Part shown: piece after piece, positions 63,362-64,000 of the stretch
Position numbering within the stretch: the first letter of the stretch is position 1
How the letters are laid out: every line of letters begins with the position of its first letter
Assembly: GCA_043228905.1 (NCBI GenBank)
Contig: JBHGNT010000004.1
Coordinates: 9,548,001 to 9,612,000, forward strand
Source: Azolla caroliniana
Taxonomy: Eukaryota > Plantae > Polypodiophyta
Reading direction: 5' to 3'
Length of the DNA stretch: 64,000 nucleotides
Notes under the pieces: generated by a model
Seen by the model: only the letters and a program-made list of their open reading frames with translations
The model's database searches: none
What the model was told of the DNA's origin: nothing
Position numbers and translations under genes: made by a program

Positions 63362-64000
63362 AACACGTTCGCGTTCACAAGTGGAAGGATTGCGCATTCC
63401 ACTTGTAGAATCTTCTTAAAACGAAGCAAATACACCCTCTCTACAAAAATTGGATGCACTAGTATCACATGTTCCTCAACTTGATGAGAATTTGCAAATA
63501 TAAAAATACATGATAGATCTACGAGTGGAGATCAATGAAATCATGCAAGTTTAGACATGTTGATAAGTTAATGTAGGCAAAATAAAGTTCAACTATGGCT
63601 CAATATGGCACTATTGTGCGACAAGGGAAACACTAACTTAAAGACTTATATTAATTAGGTAAGTTTTACAAAAATATGAGGTGTACTTGTATCCATACTA
63701 ATAAAATGAGATATAATCTATACTTTGACCCATACGCGCATGTATGTAATTGTGGAAAATGTAGGATAGTGCACATTAGGATAAGTGATTGGAATAACTA
63801 ACTTATTAAAGTATTCAATACTTGTATTTAAAGTTGATCTAATCTATTGCTCAGTTTGTTCATATGAGATCAAACCATATGTGTATATAATTGTGCACAT
63901 TGTAAGGCAGTGAACTTTAGGATAATGTCGTGGAAATAACAAACCTATTAGGCTTTCATACCTGTATTTAAAATTGGTCTACTCTATTGCTTAGGTGATT
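63362..64000. mobile_element. Left end of a second member of the AACACGTT-TIR family, running off the window
   Basis: AACACGTTCGCGTTCACAAGTGGAAGGATTGCGCATTCCACTT and CACTAGTATCACATGTT are shared with 36141-36250. Confidence 0.75.

Overview
Eukaryotic, plant-type, repeat-dense region with no intact host gene. A non-seed land plant (bryophyte, lycophyte or fern) is inferred from the element types. 1-17.5 kb: a nest in which a minus-strand Copia contains a plus-strand Copia, then a plus-strand Gypsy, then a self-priming chromovirus, then a tRNA-Trp-primed Gypsy; the nest is cut off at a TSD-less solo LTR. 18-25 kb: an R2R3-MYB (subgroup 22, MYB44-like) pseudogene split by a full-length Copia (TSD ATCAT). 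26.5-32 kb: a decayed DDE-transposase-like gene converging on a spliced RING-H2 gene; their introns are filled with minisatellites and a long hairpin lies between them. 32-36 kb: a ~308-bp tandem array in which each unit is a phase-symmetric 159-nt exon plus a GT-AG intron. 34.7-63 kb: a fragmented L1-type LINE carrying a 5.4-kb TIR element (4-bp TSD, tandem tRNA-like heads) and a Copia. That Copia hosts a second Trp-primed Gypsy and a very young 3.4-kb non-autonomous LTR element with apparently identical LTRs and the only long intact ORF in the window. All coordinates and comparisons were read by eye; family names are inferred from motifs, not from database searches.
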